Shown: positions 22,703 through 34,872 of the stretch, one piece after another
Layout: each line of letters begins with the position of its first letter
Position numbering within the stretch: position 1 is the stretch's first letter
NCBI GenBank assembly: GCA_038087875.1
Contig: JAXLNO010000032.1
Location: 1 to 50,332 of the forward strand
Length of the DNA: 50,332 nucleotides
From: Malacoraja senta
Lineage: Eukaryota
Direction: 5' to 3'
Notes under the pieces: model-generated
Told to the model about the DNA's origin: nothing
The model's input: only the letters and a program-made list of their open reading frames with translations
Databases searched by the model: none
Program-made: the position numbers and the translations under genes

Positions 22703-22860
22703 AAAAAATGTTGCAAACACTCAACATATTGGCAGCATATGTGGAAAGACAAAGTTAACATTTAAGTTTGAAGACCCTTGATCTTCCCATTCCATACACG
22801 GTGCCTGACCTGCTGAGAATATTCAGCATTTTCTGTTTTTATTTCATATTTTCAGCATCT
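22703..22860. mobile_element. Older palindromic Penelope-derived remnant
   Basis: aaatgttgcaaacactcaac...ggcagcat versus tgcctgacctgctgagaatattcagcatttt; diverged homologue of the repeats above. Confidence 0.55.
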
Positions 22861-23857
22861 TTATTAAAAATTCATTTATTTAAAAATGATGCAGCTTTGT
22901 AGTGCTATTTTACTTGCTGTAAGAAGATACTTTCAAAATATTTTGATGTCCTGGAGTTTCCATAGCATAATGACATGAATAGGTTCCACAACTAGTAAAC
23001 CTATTAAATAGAATTTTATGCTAAATTTTAAAGCGTTTCATTTGTTTATTTAATTTAATCTTGCATTCTAGTTTATTCAAAAGTCTTTCTGGATATGATT
23101 TTTCATGCTTTTATAATATTTCATAGTCAAGTAACACGTGCCTCTCAAATTAAGAAATCTGGGAATTTTTGAGCAAATTGAAGAGCAATTATCAAAGCAC
23201 AGAATTCTTATCTATTTTCACTAGGGGTTTGCTGTGTTGCATTTCAGAAAGCATTATGTTGCAGCTTGATTATTACATGTTTCCAAGTCTATTGTCTACC
23301 AAGTATGAAAACGGGCGATTCAACCCACTATGTCCACATTGACCAATCTTAATTCCAATTGTATTAAATGCATCTTCCAGTGTCTGGCCCATGGCTGCCT
23401 TTGTCAAGCCTGTTCAAGTGTTTGTCCACACTCTTTGAATGATGTTAACAATTCTTTCTCCCATTCTCGCAGACAGTGTATTTCAGGTACTTGGCCTCTC
23501 TGAGTGAAAAAATACCCCCTCAGAACCTTCCAGCTCTCTTCCTCCCCCTTATCCTAAATCTGTGTCCTCTAGTTTAATCTGCTATTTTGGGGAAAGGTTT
23601 TCTGCAGTCCGCCCAATCTATACTCACTATCATCGAGTGTCTGGGTTTTTATTTTACTATGAGCTATTTTTAATTTTAATTCGTGTTTTTAAACAAATTT
23701 GATTTAATGGTGGGGTCTGAACTCATTTACTGGATTATTTGTTCGAGCTTCTGATTGACTCATTTTATAACACAAACCTCATGATGCAGCACTTGTTATG
23801 AATTAATCAGTTGGGAATTATTAAGATTAATGCTGTGACTATTTAATTTCCTTTCAG

Positions 23858-23916
23858 AGTGCTTCCAGCTCCATTGATGACATTCCAGTTGCAACATGGC
23901 TTTATCAAAGCAGCGA
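23858..23916 (+). CDS. ARHGAP26: ARHGAP26 RhoGAP exon, 59 nt, phase 2-1
   Basis: tttcctttcag|A...GCGA|gtaagt; (R)VLPAPLMTFQLQHGFIKAA(K). Confidence 0.95.
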
Positions 23917-25299
23917 GTAAGTGAAGAACCTTTATTCTCCTGTTTCAAGATCGGTGAGGACATAAAGAAAGTGAAATATTACATTAATTTGAGCTGTTAG
24001 GTCTGCTGTTTCCAACAGACACGTGTAGCTTGATGTCATGATCCTTTTTTTGTCAGCATTATGCAATTGAAAATCTGTTTTATTGTGAGTGAAGCATGTG
24101 CCACGCTTATCTTGGAGCATTGTTGCAGAATATAGATCACATTGACCAAGGGTGCTTTTCACTGGGCATTGCCAGTGCAAGGTATCAGTATGAGAACTTG
24201 CATGAATCCATAGTTTTCTCCACTCCATTTGTTAAATCCATCTCCCCATGTTGTTCTTCATCCTCACCCCCGCAACATGCCATGATCACCACAAAGACCC
24301 CAGTATTCTGACAGACGTCCACTGCCTGACCATGCCACTACTGAACTTGATGTAGTAGGATGAAACAGTTGTCTCATCGCCTCTACGTCATACTATTGCA
24401 CTCCAGGATGCACATGAATTTTAAGGCAAGAGAGCGGCATTCTTGCACATCGCTCAGGTTTTTTGGCGGAACGTTCACTTACTGATAAGACCAGCAGGGA
24501 ATGTTGTGTAATGATTAGGATTGCATAGCATTTAGAACAGTACAGCACAGGAACACGCCTTTCAATCTACAATGTCTGTGCTGAACATGATGCCAAGTTA
24601 GTCTCTGCCTGCACGTGATTCACATCATTAGTGGAATTTTATTTTCTTATCCACTATTCCTCCCTCCTGCCCAAGCAGTGACTAGGTGATATGGTACATA
24701 GTGAAGAGTGAATCTGGGATTTTCCCAAGCTTTATAATTTTTACACTGACGAGATAAAGTCAGTGAAAAATTATTATCAGATCCAAATTTAAGAAGAATG
24801 CTCCGCACTCCCTCTGTAAAGCTTTTGTGAATTCAAAGCCAAGTGAAGTGGTTGATGCTGCTTCCATGATGTCTCGTGAATTGACATGCAGTGAAGATCA
24901 AGTTCCTTGAGCTCTTGGATCTCGTGGTCATTCTTCTCAACCGTTCCAAGTGCTTTTTGGTAGTGAAAAGAGTGCCTTCATAGATGCTAACTTTGGTGGA
25001 CATCAGCAGAGTACAGGCACAGCGGATAATCTGCAGCTCCTATTGATTCCTATCTCCAGGCTCCAGCAATGAGATAGTCTCTGAAAAGAACTACCTATAT
25101 AGGACTCTTTAGGCTTTCAGGATTGATTTTCTTGTCAATGTTTGGTTGCCTGCCTTGATTTGCCACCATATTGCATCTGCTAAATAAAGGCATGGAAACT
25201 GTGGTGTTTAACTAAAGGGCCATAACAGACCCCATCTCAGTGCAGACCTGTATCAGGCAATGCCACGTAATTGCTCCATCTTTCTGGCTGCTGTGCTGC

Positions 25300-26310
25300 A
25301 AATGACCACCAACAAATTGTAACTGGAGTGAAGTTAATCTGAAGGACAATTGCAAACTTGTTTAGTCAATGTCATCTCTTCTTCAGATCAAGGTTATCCA
25401 ACTTCAATATCGAGCTATTTAGGGCAGATGCTTGTTGTGCATGCACATAGTCAGAGGCCAAGCTCCAAATCATTATCAACCTCTTGACTGAAGTATATGA
25501 GGGAAGGTACCTTACACTTAATATCTGCAAAACAAAAGCCCTCTATTGATCTGTCCTTGCTATACAACTGCATTCAAAATAAAGATCCACATGAGATTCT
25601 GGAAACCATAAACCAGTTCCAATATTTAGAAAGTTTTCTCTCAGTGAAGGCACTTTGGTGACGCAATCCCCCATCACCTCCTGTTCATGAATATTGCATT
25701 TTGCCATCTGATACAAAGAGTGTTTGAAGGCCAAGATTTGAAATCTAGCACAAAACTGTAGTAATCCCTGAACTTCACTATACTGCTGAGTCGGGGACCA
25801 TTTTCCACACACACAAGAAAGACGAGCAGCATTGTCTTTGTAAAGTCCTCCAAAATCCAGTGCACTAATGTTAGTGACCTTTCCCCAGCAACAAGCTCCT
25901 AATTATACATTGTTGGTTCCAGTGGGCAGCCCATGTGGTTTACCAGCATAAACCAATGGATTCCTCTGAGTTCCATCATGGCAAGATATTAACAGGTGGA
26001 CAGAGGAAATAATTCAATGTGCTAAAAACAATGGTGAAAAATTGTAACATCCCCACAGATTACTGGGAATCTGCAACTCGTTCTCGCTGAAAATGGAGAA
26101 AGACCATTCAGAATTGCATTGAGATCCTTGAGTCTATTTGACAACTGCACAAGGAATTCCAGAAGTACACAGACCACTTCTCAAACTACAAACCTACATG
26201 CTCATCAAGCACCTACCACCTCACCTGTAATGGAGCCTCAGCCTACAGAACTGCAAAGGAGATGACTCATCCTTGACCTCGAATGATTGCCTGAAAAGAT
26301 GATGATGATT
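25300..26310 (+). mobile_element. Degraded RTE-clade LINE
   Basis: ILETINQFQYLESFLSVKA and FCHLIQRVFEGQDLKSSTKL; ends in a (GAT)n tail at 26298-26309. Confidence 0.7.
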
Positions 26311-26835
26311 GAGAGAGCAATGTGCAAAGTCTCAAGAAAGTTATAGCTTTTTTTATGCTGCTTCAGAGGCAAAAAAACGTTAGAAATATTGTGTAAGTTT
26401 TCCAGAGTCCATTCCTTATCAGCTAAAACCTGATCAGTCATGGACTCAACTCTACCTAAATCATAACTTAGGAGTAAGTTATGCACAGATACTCTTTCTA
26501 GTGATACGTACATACTTGCTCCATTGACATAGCCTCTACATTAACCTGTTGCTTTGAACTAATAAACCCGTGATCCTCCTTGAGTACCATCTTCATGTAA
26601 TATAGTGAGTAGAAGACTACATTCAATGAAGCATGGCACAGTTTGTTTCCTAGAAGTATTTCTAGATATTATCTGGAGAGGTCTGAATATGAATTAAACC
26701 TCAACCCTACCTCAGGCGACCTGAACATGTGCACTTTTTCTTCATTATGTGACGTTATCCTATCCAACCCTGAGGCTGTTGGAATAACATTGAATAAATG
26801 ATTCTCTCTGCATCACATTCATCACAATTCATTAA

Positions 26836-26893
26836 GGGCGGCACAGTGGTGCAGCTGGTAGAGCTTCTGCCTCACAACACCAGAGACCTGGGT
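26836..26893 (+). mobile_element. Isolated tRNA-derived SINE head
   Basis: gggcggcacagtggtgcagctggtagagc...ccagagacctgggt, same head as the SINEs at 29250 and 48466. Confidence 0.75.
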
Positions 26894-27037
26894 GCTGATG
26901 TTAATTGTCACTACTAAGCTAGATTTATTTAAAAAAATACAAACTGATGGGCCACCTGTTGTTTGATAATTGTGAACACAAAAACTACTGCAGGTAAATC
27001 ACAAATATTGTAATTGTTTTGTTTTGATTCTCGCCAG

Positions 27038-27143
27038 AGATGGACAATCCGGAATCAAGACTCTCTGAGATACATAAATACGTACATCGACTACCAGAGA
27101 AGAACAAGACAATGCTGGAAATAACAATAAAACATTTAGCAAA
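27038..27143 (+). CDS. ARHGAP26: ARHGAP26 RhoGAP exon, 106 nt, phase 1-2
   Basis: ttctcgccag|AG...GCAAA|gtaaga; (K)MDNPESRLSEIHKYVHRLPEKNKTMLEITIKHLA(N). Confidence 0.96.
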
Positions 27144-27520
27144 GTAAGATGACGTTTACTGATTTTATTTGTTTGAAAGGCTTCTGTCTATTAAGTTTTA
27201 ACAAATTATATTTTCTTTATATATAGGTGTGCCTATATATGAGTACCAAAGGTGATAATATCATAGTAATTGTAACATATTTACAAACATTTACTGTGTA
27301 GTTTTAACTACCAGGCTATTTCTTCAAACCTCAGGCTGTGTAATTTGTGTAGGCTGGTTGAAAGCAGTTTTGATAATGGTCGTAAATGTTGTAGTTGGGT
27401 ATAAGCTGATAATTTGTGTCCTTTAAAGTCTGTGTTTCACTCAATAATTTTGAAGGTAGTAAAAATACCTTGTGTGATTATTAATCAAATAATAGTTTGA
27501 AAGTTGTGTCATGGATGAAG

Positions 27521-27614
27521 GTAGACAAAAATGCTGGAGAAACTCAGCGGGTGAGGCAGCATCTATGGAGCGAAGGAATAGGTGATGCTTCGGGTCGAGA
27601 CCCTTCTTCAGACT
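27521..27614 (-). mobile_element. 94-bp Penelope-derived hammerhead-bearing insertion
   Basis: Flanked by tcatgg(a/c)tgaag at 27509-27520 and 27615-27626; minus strand reads CTGAAGAAGGGTCTCGACCCGAAGCATC. Confidence 0.8.
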
Positions 27615-28579
27615 TCATGGCTGAAGTACATTATCAAAATTCCTTGACTTCGGTACAATTGCCTGTAATATGTACATGTTGGCATGATTGTGAAAGGTAA
27701 AATAATCAGGAACAAAAATCTAGTTAAGCATCTTAAATCTGATGTCTTTTAGTTGATAAATGTGTTGGTCTTAGATAGTATTGTCATTGTAATATTGGCT
27801 TTCCGATTAAGGTAGCGACCGTGCTCTTAAGAGGGAATAGTGTACGAGTGCTGCGGAGAGGTTAATAAAAAACAGTTTATCTTCTCCAGACAGTTTTTCT
27901 CTGATTGTCAATTTGCAAAGTAACTTTTAAGTGGTTCTGTAATCCCAAACGAAATCACACTATAATCAATTTAGCCTTTGTGATGAATCCAGTGTTCCCT
28001 GATTCATCAATCTCATTATATTCAATTAGCATTTTGGATAAGCAGATCTATCCATGTTTTACCCCTTCACTCCTGACGTGATTTTGGAAAGATATCTACT
28101 GTAAACAATAACTATCGACATTTTAAATATTTCACTGTGATATAATTTCCAGTTCTTGGAGAATTTTTCATTGATCATGATATTCTTTATTGACATCATG
28201 CAGCCTATTTCTTTTTTTAATGACACCAATTTAACTTTTTACAGCAGCGTTATCAATAGAAACATGCACCATGTTATTCATTGTTGAATTCCAATGAGAA
28301 ACCCAGTGAATAGCTGTTACTGTTTCTTGTAACATCCTTTAAGCCGTGGTTATTTTGACTTGCCTGTAATTATATAGAACTCGCTAGCTTTATGTAAAAT
28401 GGCCAGAATTAATAACCTACTCCATGAAGTTGATGCGAGTGATATGGCCATTTTCCTAAAATTAATTTTTAAATATGTGAATGTGGAAGATGAGCTGATA
28501 GTTATTTCTTGGTTTGGAGTAAAGGCAGTAATCCAGAATAACTTTTTCATCAGCAAGTTAATTCTTTCTTATCACTTAG

Positions 28580-28739
28580 CGTGTCCAGTAACCACAAACA
28601 AAATCTGATGACCATGGCAAATCTAGGTGTGGTGTTTGGACCAACGCTATTTAGACCACAGGAGGAGACGGTGGCGGCAATCATGGATATCAAGTTTCAG
28701 AATATAGTTGTTGAAATTTTAATAGAAAACTATGAAAAG
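28580..28739 (+). CDS. ARHGAP26: ARHGAP26 RhoGAP C-terminal exon, 160 nt, phase 2-0
   Basis: atcacttag|C...AAG|gtaagc; (N)[53 protein letters not shown]. Confidence 0.97.
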
Positions 28740-28846
28740 GTAAGCCTTTAAAATAACTTGCTCCAGTGTTTTCTGGCATCCAAAGAATCTTAAAATAAAA
28801 GATTGGAAAGAGTTTTCGGCTCATTCAATTTTGATGGATAAGCCAA

Positions 28847-28878
28847 TAGACACCGCGTCCAGTAGACACCGCGTCCAG
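28847..28878. repeat. Perfect 16-bp tandem duplication
   Basis: tagacaccgcgtccag x2. Confidence 0.95.
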
Positions 28879-28946
28879 TTCTTTCTCTATGGCACTGTCA
28901 TTTTTATCCATGTATTTATGCAACTCCCTTTTGAAGATGGTTATAA

Positions 28947-29250
28947 GTTTAGTTTAGAGATACAGCGTGGAAAGGGGCACTTCACCCCATCGAGTCTGCG
29001 TTGACCAGCGATCACTGCACACTAACACTACTCTACACACATTGGGGACAATTTACAAAATACCAAGCCAATTATCCTACAAACCTGCACGTCTTTGGAG
29101 TGTAGGAGGAAACCGGAGCACCCGGAGAAAACGCATGCAAGTCACGGGGAGAACTTACAAACTCCATACAGAGGCACTGGTAGTCAGGATCAAACCCAGG
29201 TCTCTGGCGCTGTAAGGCAGCAACTCTACCGCTGCGCCACCATGCCACCC
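28947..29250 (-). mobile_element. Full-length tRNA-derived V-SINE (HE1-like)
   Basis: Minus strand A box tggcgcagcgg, B box ggtttgatcc, core ttctccgggtgctccggtttcctcc, CR1-like tail ending in (CTAAA)n. Confidence 0.88.
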
Positions 29251-29969
29251 CTTACCTCCTTTTGTGTAGCTATTTATTTTAAACCTATGCCCACTCAGCT
29301 GTGAATTCTTCAATTACTGCATATAATATTTTGTAATTTTTATAATTATAATTCATAATTTTAAACATCTGTTTCAAATCCTTTTTTTTAAAGCCTTCTT
29401 TGGGTAACAACTACCATATCAGTTGATACTCTATATTGAATTTTAATTCTTCTTTCCCTGGAACCATTATAGAAATTATATCTTCTGTATCTTCTTAACA
29501 TGTGGTCCACAAAATGCAAGCAGAATATGTCCACTATCTTTTTAATAAAATTGTCATTTTTAAAATGAACTGCTTTATCTTATCCTGTCTCCCTCAAGGA
29601 TATATACAAAAAGAACTTAGATGTCACTGTTCTCTTGTGTGCTCTAAAATTTTTCCAATTTACCTTGCACTATCCCTTGTCAACCCTCAAATCATTTTTA
29701 TTTTAGTGCTATGTGGTTGAAAACTCATTTAAGCTTGAGTAAATTGTGTTTACAACCATTTCCTGATCAAATCACAACAATCATGACATTTAATGAGGCA
29801 TTTCCTGTTATGAGTCGCCTTTTACAACCCTGAAGCCATTTCTTCATCAGGGATACAGGTGATGATGTTAATCAGGAAGGAAGATGATGTGTTCTTCCTA
29901 TGCAATGTTTCGCTCCCTCCCCAATCCTAACCATGCGTTCCCAATTACCTTTGCTGTTGCTTTTGAACA

Positions 29970-30075
29970 CACCTCCCCTCCTCCCCACCTCCCCACCTCC
30001 CCTCCTCCCCTCCTCCCTTCCTCCCCTCCTCCCCTCCTCCCCTCCTCCTCCCCTCCTCCCCCGCCTGCCCCCCGT
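29970..30075. repeat. CCT/CCCCT-rich low-complexity tract
   Basis: Direct reading; G-rich on the minus strand. Confidence 0.95.
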
Positions 30076-31510
30076 CTCCACTTATGTAGTGTAACATTGC
30101 AAACCAGAATATACCAACCTCTCCGGGTTCAATAGTACCTCTCACCCATCAAAATATCTGGGATGATCTCTGATTTCTCTCTTCCTCAAAAGCTGGCCTG
30201 ATTTTTCCCCACCCCATTCAAGTGTCAGGGCATTTATCTTTAATTCCCTACTTTTCCTTCCCCTCAAACTTTTCATCTCCTATGCTCAATCTGTTCCTGT
30301 TCCCTGTATCTCCCACCTAAGCACATAGATTGTACTGCTGATATAAGTCCAAGAGTCCCACAGTCTTGAAAGTTAACTCGTCTCCCTAGTCCAGTTTTGG
30401 GGGCTTGCAGAAGTCATTGCAGAATTTTTCAATGTGAAATATGCAATGGCTGGTCTTGATCTTAGTAGCAATTGAATTTCAATGCAAAACCCAGTGTAAT
30501 TTTGTTTACTTCATCTGCACTATTTAGGTGCTTGTTCAGGATGCATTAAGGGTGTTTTGGAAATTCAATGCACTGTTTGATAAACTTTAGTTTGGTGAAT
30601 TGCTAACCATTTGACCACAAAACTATTTACTTTCACAATCCATTGTTCTGTTTGGCCTTTATGGAAGTCATCTCACATCAGTTTGAGGTGCAAAACATGT
30701 ATCATGATAATCTGAAGAAATGCTAAATTTAAAATATATCTAGACAGTACCATACATGTTAAGTTTTTTGCAAACTGTTTATTTTTTGCTATTATCGCCA
30801 AATATGTCATGGTTTGGCTTAATAGGCAAGGCTTAGAAGGTAAATGGAATTAGTATACATGGTCAATATGTTCATGGTGGGCAGAGGGCCTGTTTTTGTG
30901 CTATCTGCAACTCTAGAACTGCAATATTGTTTACATTGCTGTTAGTATGATCAGTTATTGTCTATCTTCAGAAATTATATCCAAATTGATATGATTTAAC
31001 TGTGTTAAAAAAATGTTGAAAGCTGAAGCACAAATGCCACCATTTCATTACAAAAAATGTAATGTGTATAAATATGATAGATTGTATGCAGCTGAAACAG
31101 CTGCAGCCTGAACACATATCCAGTGATATCAATACACTGACATGCTGTCTTTAAAACTGGAGAAGATTTTGGTGACCTTTGGTTGGAGTCATAGGAATCT
31201 GACAGGATTTTTATTCCTGAATACTCTCCAGTGAATCCAATTGGAAATGCACAATTAACAATGATGGTCAAATTGAATGATGACTGTATTGCCTTGACTG
31301 AAAAGTGTTCTGGTTTGGAATACAAAGTTGTCATTTGCAAATGCACAAAAGCTCATTCCAGAAAGTTAATGTGCCAGACAGCTGTGGATTCATGTTTCAA
31401 CGAGGGAAGGGGAGAACATTGTTTGTTGGTAAATCTTTAAAGAGGATAGTAGTTTGATTATTGCCTGCATTGAAATTTGTAATGCATGTAAAGATTTCTT
31501 TCATTCATAG

Positions 31511-31652
31511 ATTTTCCAAATGATACCAGACACTGCAACAGTTCAACCAAATCCATTACTAAATTCTGCACAGAAAAAGGGTACAGAGACTAAAACTGCC
31601 CTGTGCAGCCAGAGGCCTTTAATGTTTTTTCAAACAATATCAAATGAAAATG
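31511..31652 (+). CDS. ARHGAP26: ARHGAP26 post-GAP exon, 142 nt, phase 0-1
   Basis: tcattcatag|ATT...AATG|gtaagt; IFQMIPDTATVQPNPLLNSAQKKGTETKTALCSQRPLMFFQTISNEN. Confidence 0.9.
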
Positions 31653-32804
31653 GTAAGTTAATGGAATCTGCTGTAAGTGCTGTGATAATAGTTCCCAATT
31701 TATTTTATCTTGATTTATGTATTTATTCTTCAACATTATCTAAATATATCCATTTATAATAGATGTATGCTTTCACATTTATAAAATCAATTTTTTTTCT
31801 TAAATTTGCACTTTGGTTTTCTTTACCTCCCTCAGTTTACATCCAGCACTTAGGACAAACTGATATTTATACAATGAAACCCTCCCCCCCAAATATTCTG
31901 CATGAGTATCTGCAATATTGCAGGCAAGGAATCAGAAATTTATGGTACAACTGTGCTAGATAATGTCCTCTTTCATCAAAGCACGTTTTGTGTGGTTAGA
32001 AAATAATTTTGACCACAGTTACATTTCATTTTTGTTCAACTGTAATTAAACAACTGCTTTGTCGATGCCTATGTTTAGCAAATTATAATGTATTGCAGGA
32101 AAGTGCTTGAAGGTTACATGGGATGCTGACCGCAAATATTTGAATATTGCTGTTGGTAAATGTTAGCATTCAGCTTCTTTCAAGTTCTGCCTATTACCAT
32201 TTTCCTCCATGATATTTTCTGTATACACAGCCAAAATACACATCTGTCTTTGAAGTGTTTGTGTAGACATTTTATTCCCACAGCACCACTGGATTTTTCA
32301 CATTATCTGTCCACAAAAGATCTTGATTAAAATGTATTCTTCTAAAAAGATTCAAGCTAAGGAGTTGGTTACTTTCTTTGACCTTTTCCTTAGCCAGCTA
32401 TTTGTGTGTATCTGTATACTGTGGGTGGCTTGATAGTAATCATGTATAGTCTTTCCGCTGACTAGATAGCACACAATAAAAAACTTCTCCTATACACAGG
32501 ACAATAAACTAAACTAAAGAATAAATTGAAAAATGTCCCAAATGTTTTGGTGCAAATGTAAAACTGGTAAACAGAGACATTTAAAAATAGTTTAAATTGA
32601 CTTCACTAAAAATACTTTAAAGTATTTTGCTTCTTTATATCAATTAAAAACCTTAATATTCAATAAATTACAGGAAAGGAAAAGCTTAACCAAAATCCAA
32701 CTTTTAAATAAAGATTGGCAATCCTATTCAAGTTAAGGGGGTGTTGCTGTGCCTTGTATACCTGCCATGGCTGGTATAAATCTAAAAGACCAAATGAGTA
32801 GGTG

Positions 32805-32870
32805 AAAGGTAGACACAAAATGCTGGAGTGACTCAGCGGGTCAGGCAGCATCTCTGGAGAGAAGGAATGA
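32805..32870 (-). mobile_element. Truncated Penelope-derived repeat
   Basis: aaggtagacacaaaatgctggagtgactcagcgggtcaggcagcatctctggagagaaggaat, same family as 27521. Confidence 0.8.
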
Positions 32871-33014
32871 GTCGGTCAGATGTGTATGAAAGATATGTTT
32901 TATAGTGTTAGTGATGGGTAGCCACTGAAAGTAGTATTAAAATAATACATTGTGGAAAAGAATCATGGCATTTAATATGTAGGATTTATATTATTAAATA
33001 TATTTCATGCTGGT

Positions 33015-33166
33015 CAGCAGATGCTGGTTTAAATCGAAGGTATACACAATACGCTGGAATAACTCAGCGGGACAGGTAGCATCTCTGGAGAGAAGGGATG
33101 GGTGATGTTTCGGATCGAGACCCTTCTTCAATCTGATGGAGAAGTGTCTTGACCCGAAAAGTCACC
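33015..33166. mobile_element. Penelope-derived repeat with partial inverted second arm
   Basis: gtttcggatcgagacccttcttcaa followed by gaagtgtcttgacccgaaaagtcacc. Confidence 0.8.
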
Positions 33167-33426
33167 ATGAGGTACAGGTTATAATGAAAATTTTGCTTGT
33201 TGCAGCATCAGAGGCACACACTCGAAAAACACAGAAAAACAGAAAACATACATAAATTATGCATAAATACCACAAATTTGGAATACAGTAAAAGGTTCAA
33301 AACACAATTAGAAAACATGTCCCACCCTACTGTAAAAGGTGGTCCATAGTGTTCTTTTGCTGAGGTAGGATTAGGGATGTGTTGGTCAGTTCAAGAACTT
33401 GTTAGTTGTAGGGAAGTAGTTGTTCC

Positions 33427-34399
33427 AGTGTTGCTATGGGTGGGCCTGGCACAGATGCCACGCAATGTGCCAGTCAGCTGGACATTGCTGCACCATCTGT
33501 CGTTCGTGGAAAGGTTCTGAGGACCAACACCTTTGACCACAAGTCCATCAGGCAGTGGTCAGCACGGAACGTCCTGCAGGCACTGCAGGGAAATGACTCC
33601 ATGGATCCTGTGGCGTGGTTCCCAGAGCAGACTGCCCAGTTTGTCTGGCGAAATGCCTCATCGCCAGAACTCACCAACAAGCACCAAGACCTGGCTTGAC
33701 TGGCGGTGAAGGGAGCCCTCCCAGTCAGATCCATCCTGCACCGTCGGAACCTCACTACCAGCGCATACTTCCCTCTGGACGGCTGCTATGGAGCGGAGAT
33801 GGTTGCCCACCTCTTTGCAGAGTGTGGATTTGCAAAGAAAGTCTGGAGAGGTTTGCAAGGGTCCCTGTCACTATTTATTCTGAACAGCTCTGTCACAGAG
33901 GACTCTGTGATTTACGGACTGTTCCCAGGGACGTATTCAGAGACTGACACCGAGTGCTGTTGGAAGGTCATCAACTCGGTGAAAGACGCTCTTTCGTCTG
34001 CCTGAGCTTTGTTGACCTCCCAGCGGAGCGAGATGTCCGTCGGGGAATGTTGCCGACTGGCCCGCTGCAGACTGCAGGAGTACATGCTGAGGGACGCACT
34101 GAAGCTTGGTGCAGCCAACACCAAGGCTCTGGGGAAGGAACACAGTCTAGGGTCCTTCCGCTGCTGGACATTGGGGGCATGGTGTGGTGGAGACTCCCCT
34201 CAAAATAAGGGAAGGGATTCCATGCCAGTGGGCCACATGAGTGGCAAGGGTGGGGGAGAAATTTGTGAAATTTGGGTAATGTGTGTAAACAGTATTTAAT
34301 GTTTGTATAGCCTCCGAGAATGTCGGATTAATTTTTTGCACGGTTCCTGTATTGTATATATTTATTACTTGAATAAAGTCTATTTTGAAATTAAAAAAA
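33427..34399 (+). mobile_element. L1/Tx1-clade LINE 3' fragment inserted in a Rex/Babar tail
   Basis: ORF2 C-terminus with zinc-knuckle relic GC..AEMVAHLFAEC.FAKKVW and in-frame stops at 33697 and 34003; AATAAA 34372; A tail; TSD agttgttcc at 33418-33426 and 34400-34408. Confidence 0.85.
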
Positions 34400-34769
34400 A
34401 GTTGTTCCTGAACCTGGTGGTGTGGAACTTCAAGCTTCAAGTTTCAAAATTCAAGGAATTTTAATCTGCTACAGTAACTCTCCACCGCTGACCCACCAAT
34501 GAAATCTGGCACATGGTCTCCCGACTTCCCCTTTCTGAAGTCTTGTAACTTATGAGTTCCATTATGTAAAATAGGTTTCACATTTTTAGGATTTCTAAAA
34601 CATTTCATGGCCAATTGATTCCTTTGTGACTTGGAATTATTTGTTAACGAAAACAAAATAAAACTTGCAGGTACTTGAAATCTGAAATAGCATCAGAGAA
34701 TGCAGGATTTAGCATTTTAGGTTAAAGACGCTTTGTCAGAACATGCTAAGCATGTATTCACAAGAGTAA

Positions 34770-34872
34770 GAGAGAGCATTAATTTAGTGTCACATTTGAA
34801 AGATGGCACTTCCAATAAAACAGTATACTCTGAGTGATCCACTGACAATCCACATTATGTACTTGAATCCCA
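34770..34872 (-). mobile_element. Ancient DeuSINE-like (SacSINE/AmnSINE-type) remnant
   Basis: tttagtgtcacatttgaaagatggcacttcc...cagtatactc resembles the Deu-SINE sequence as I recall it. Confidence 0.45.

Noticed and set aside
26836..29250. tRNA genes at the A/B-box sequences (also 48466)
   Set aside because: They are SINE heads; full copies continue into the SINE body and LINE tail, and no complete cloverleaf is evident
29872..30145. Pro-rich and Gly/Arg-rich ORFs that could be a proline-rich GRAF exon
   Set aside because: Simple CCT repeat; the flanking exons 28739 and 31511 already join in frame
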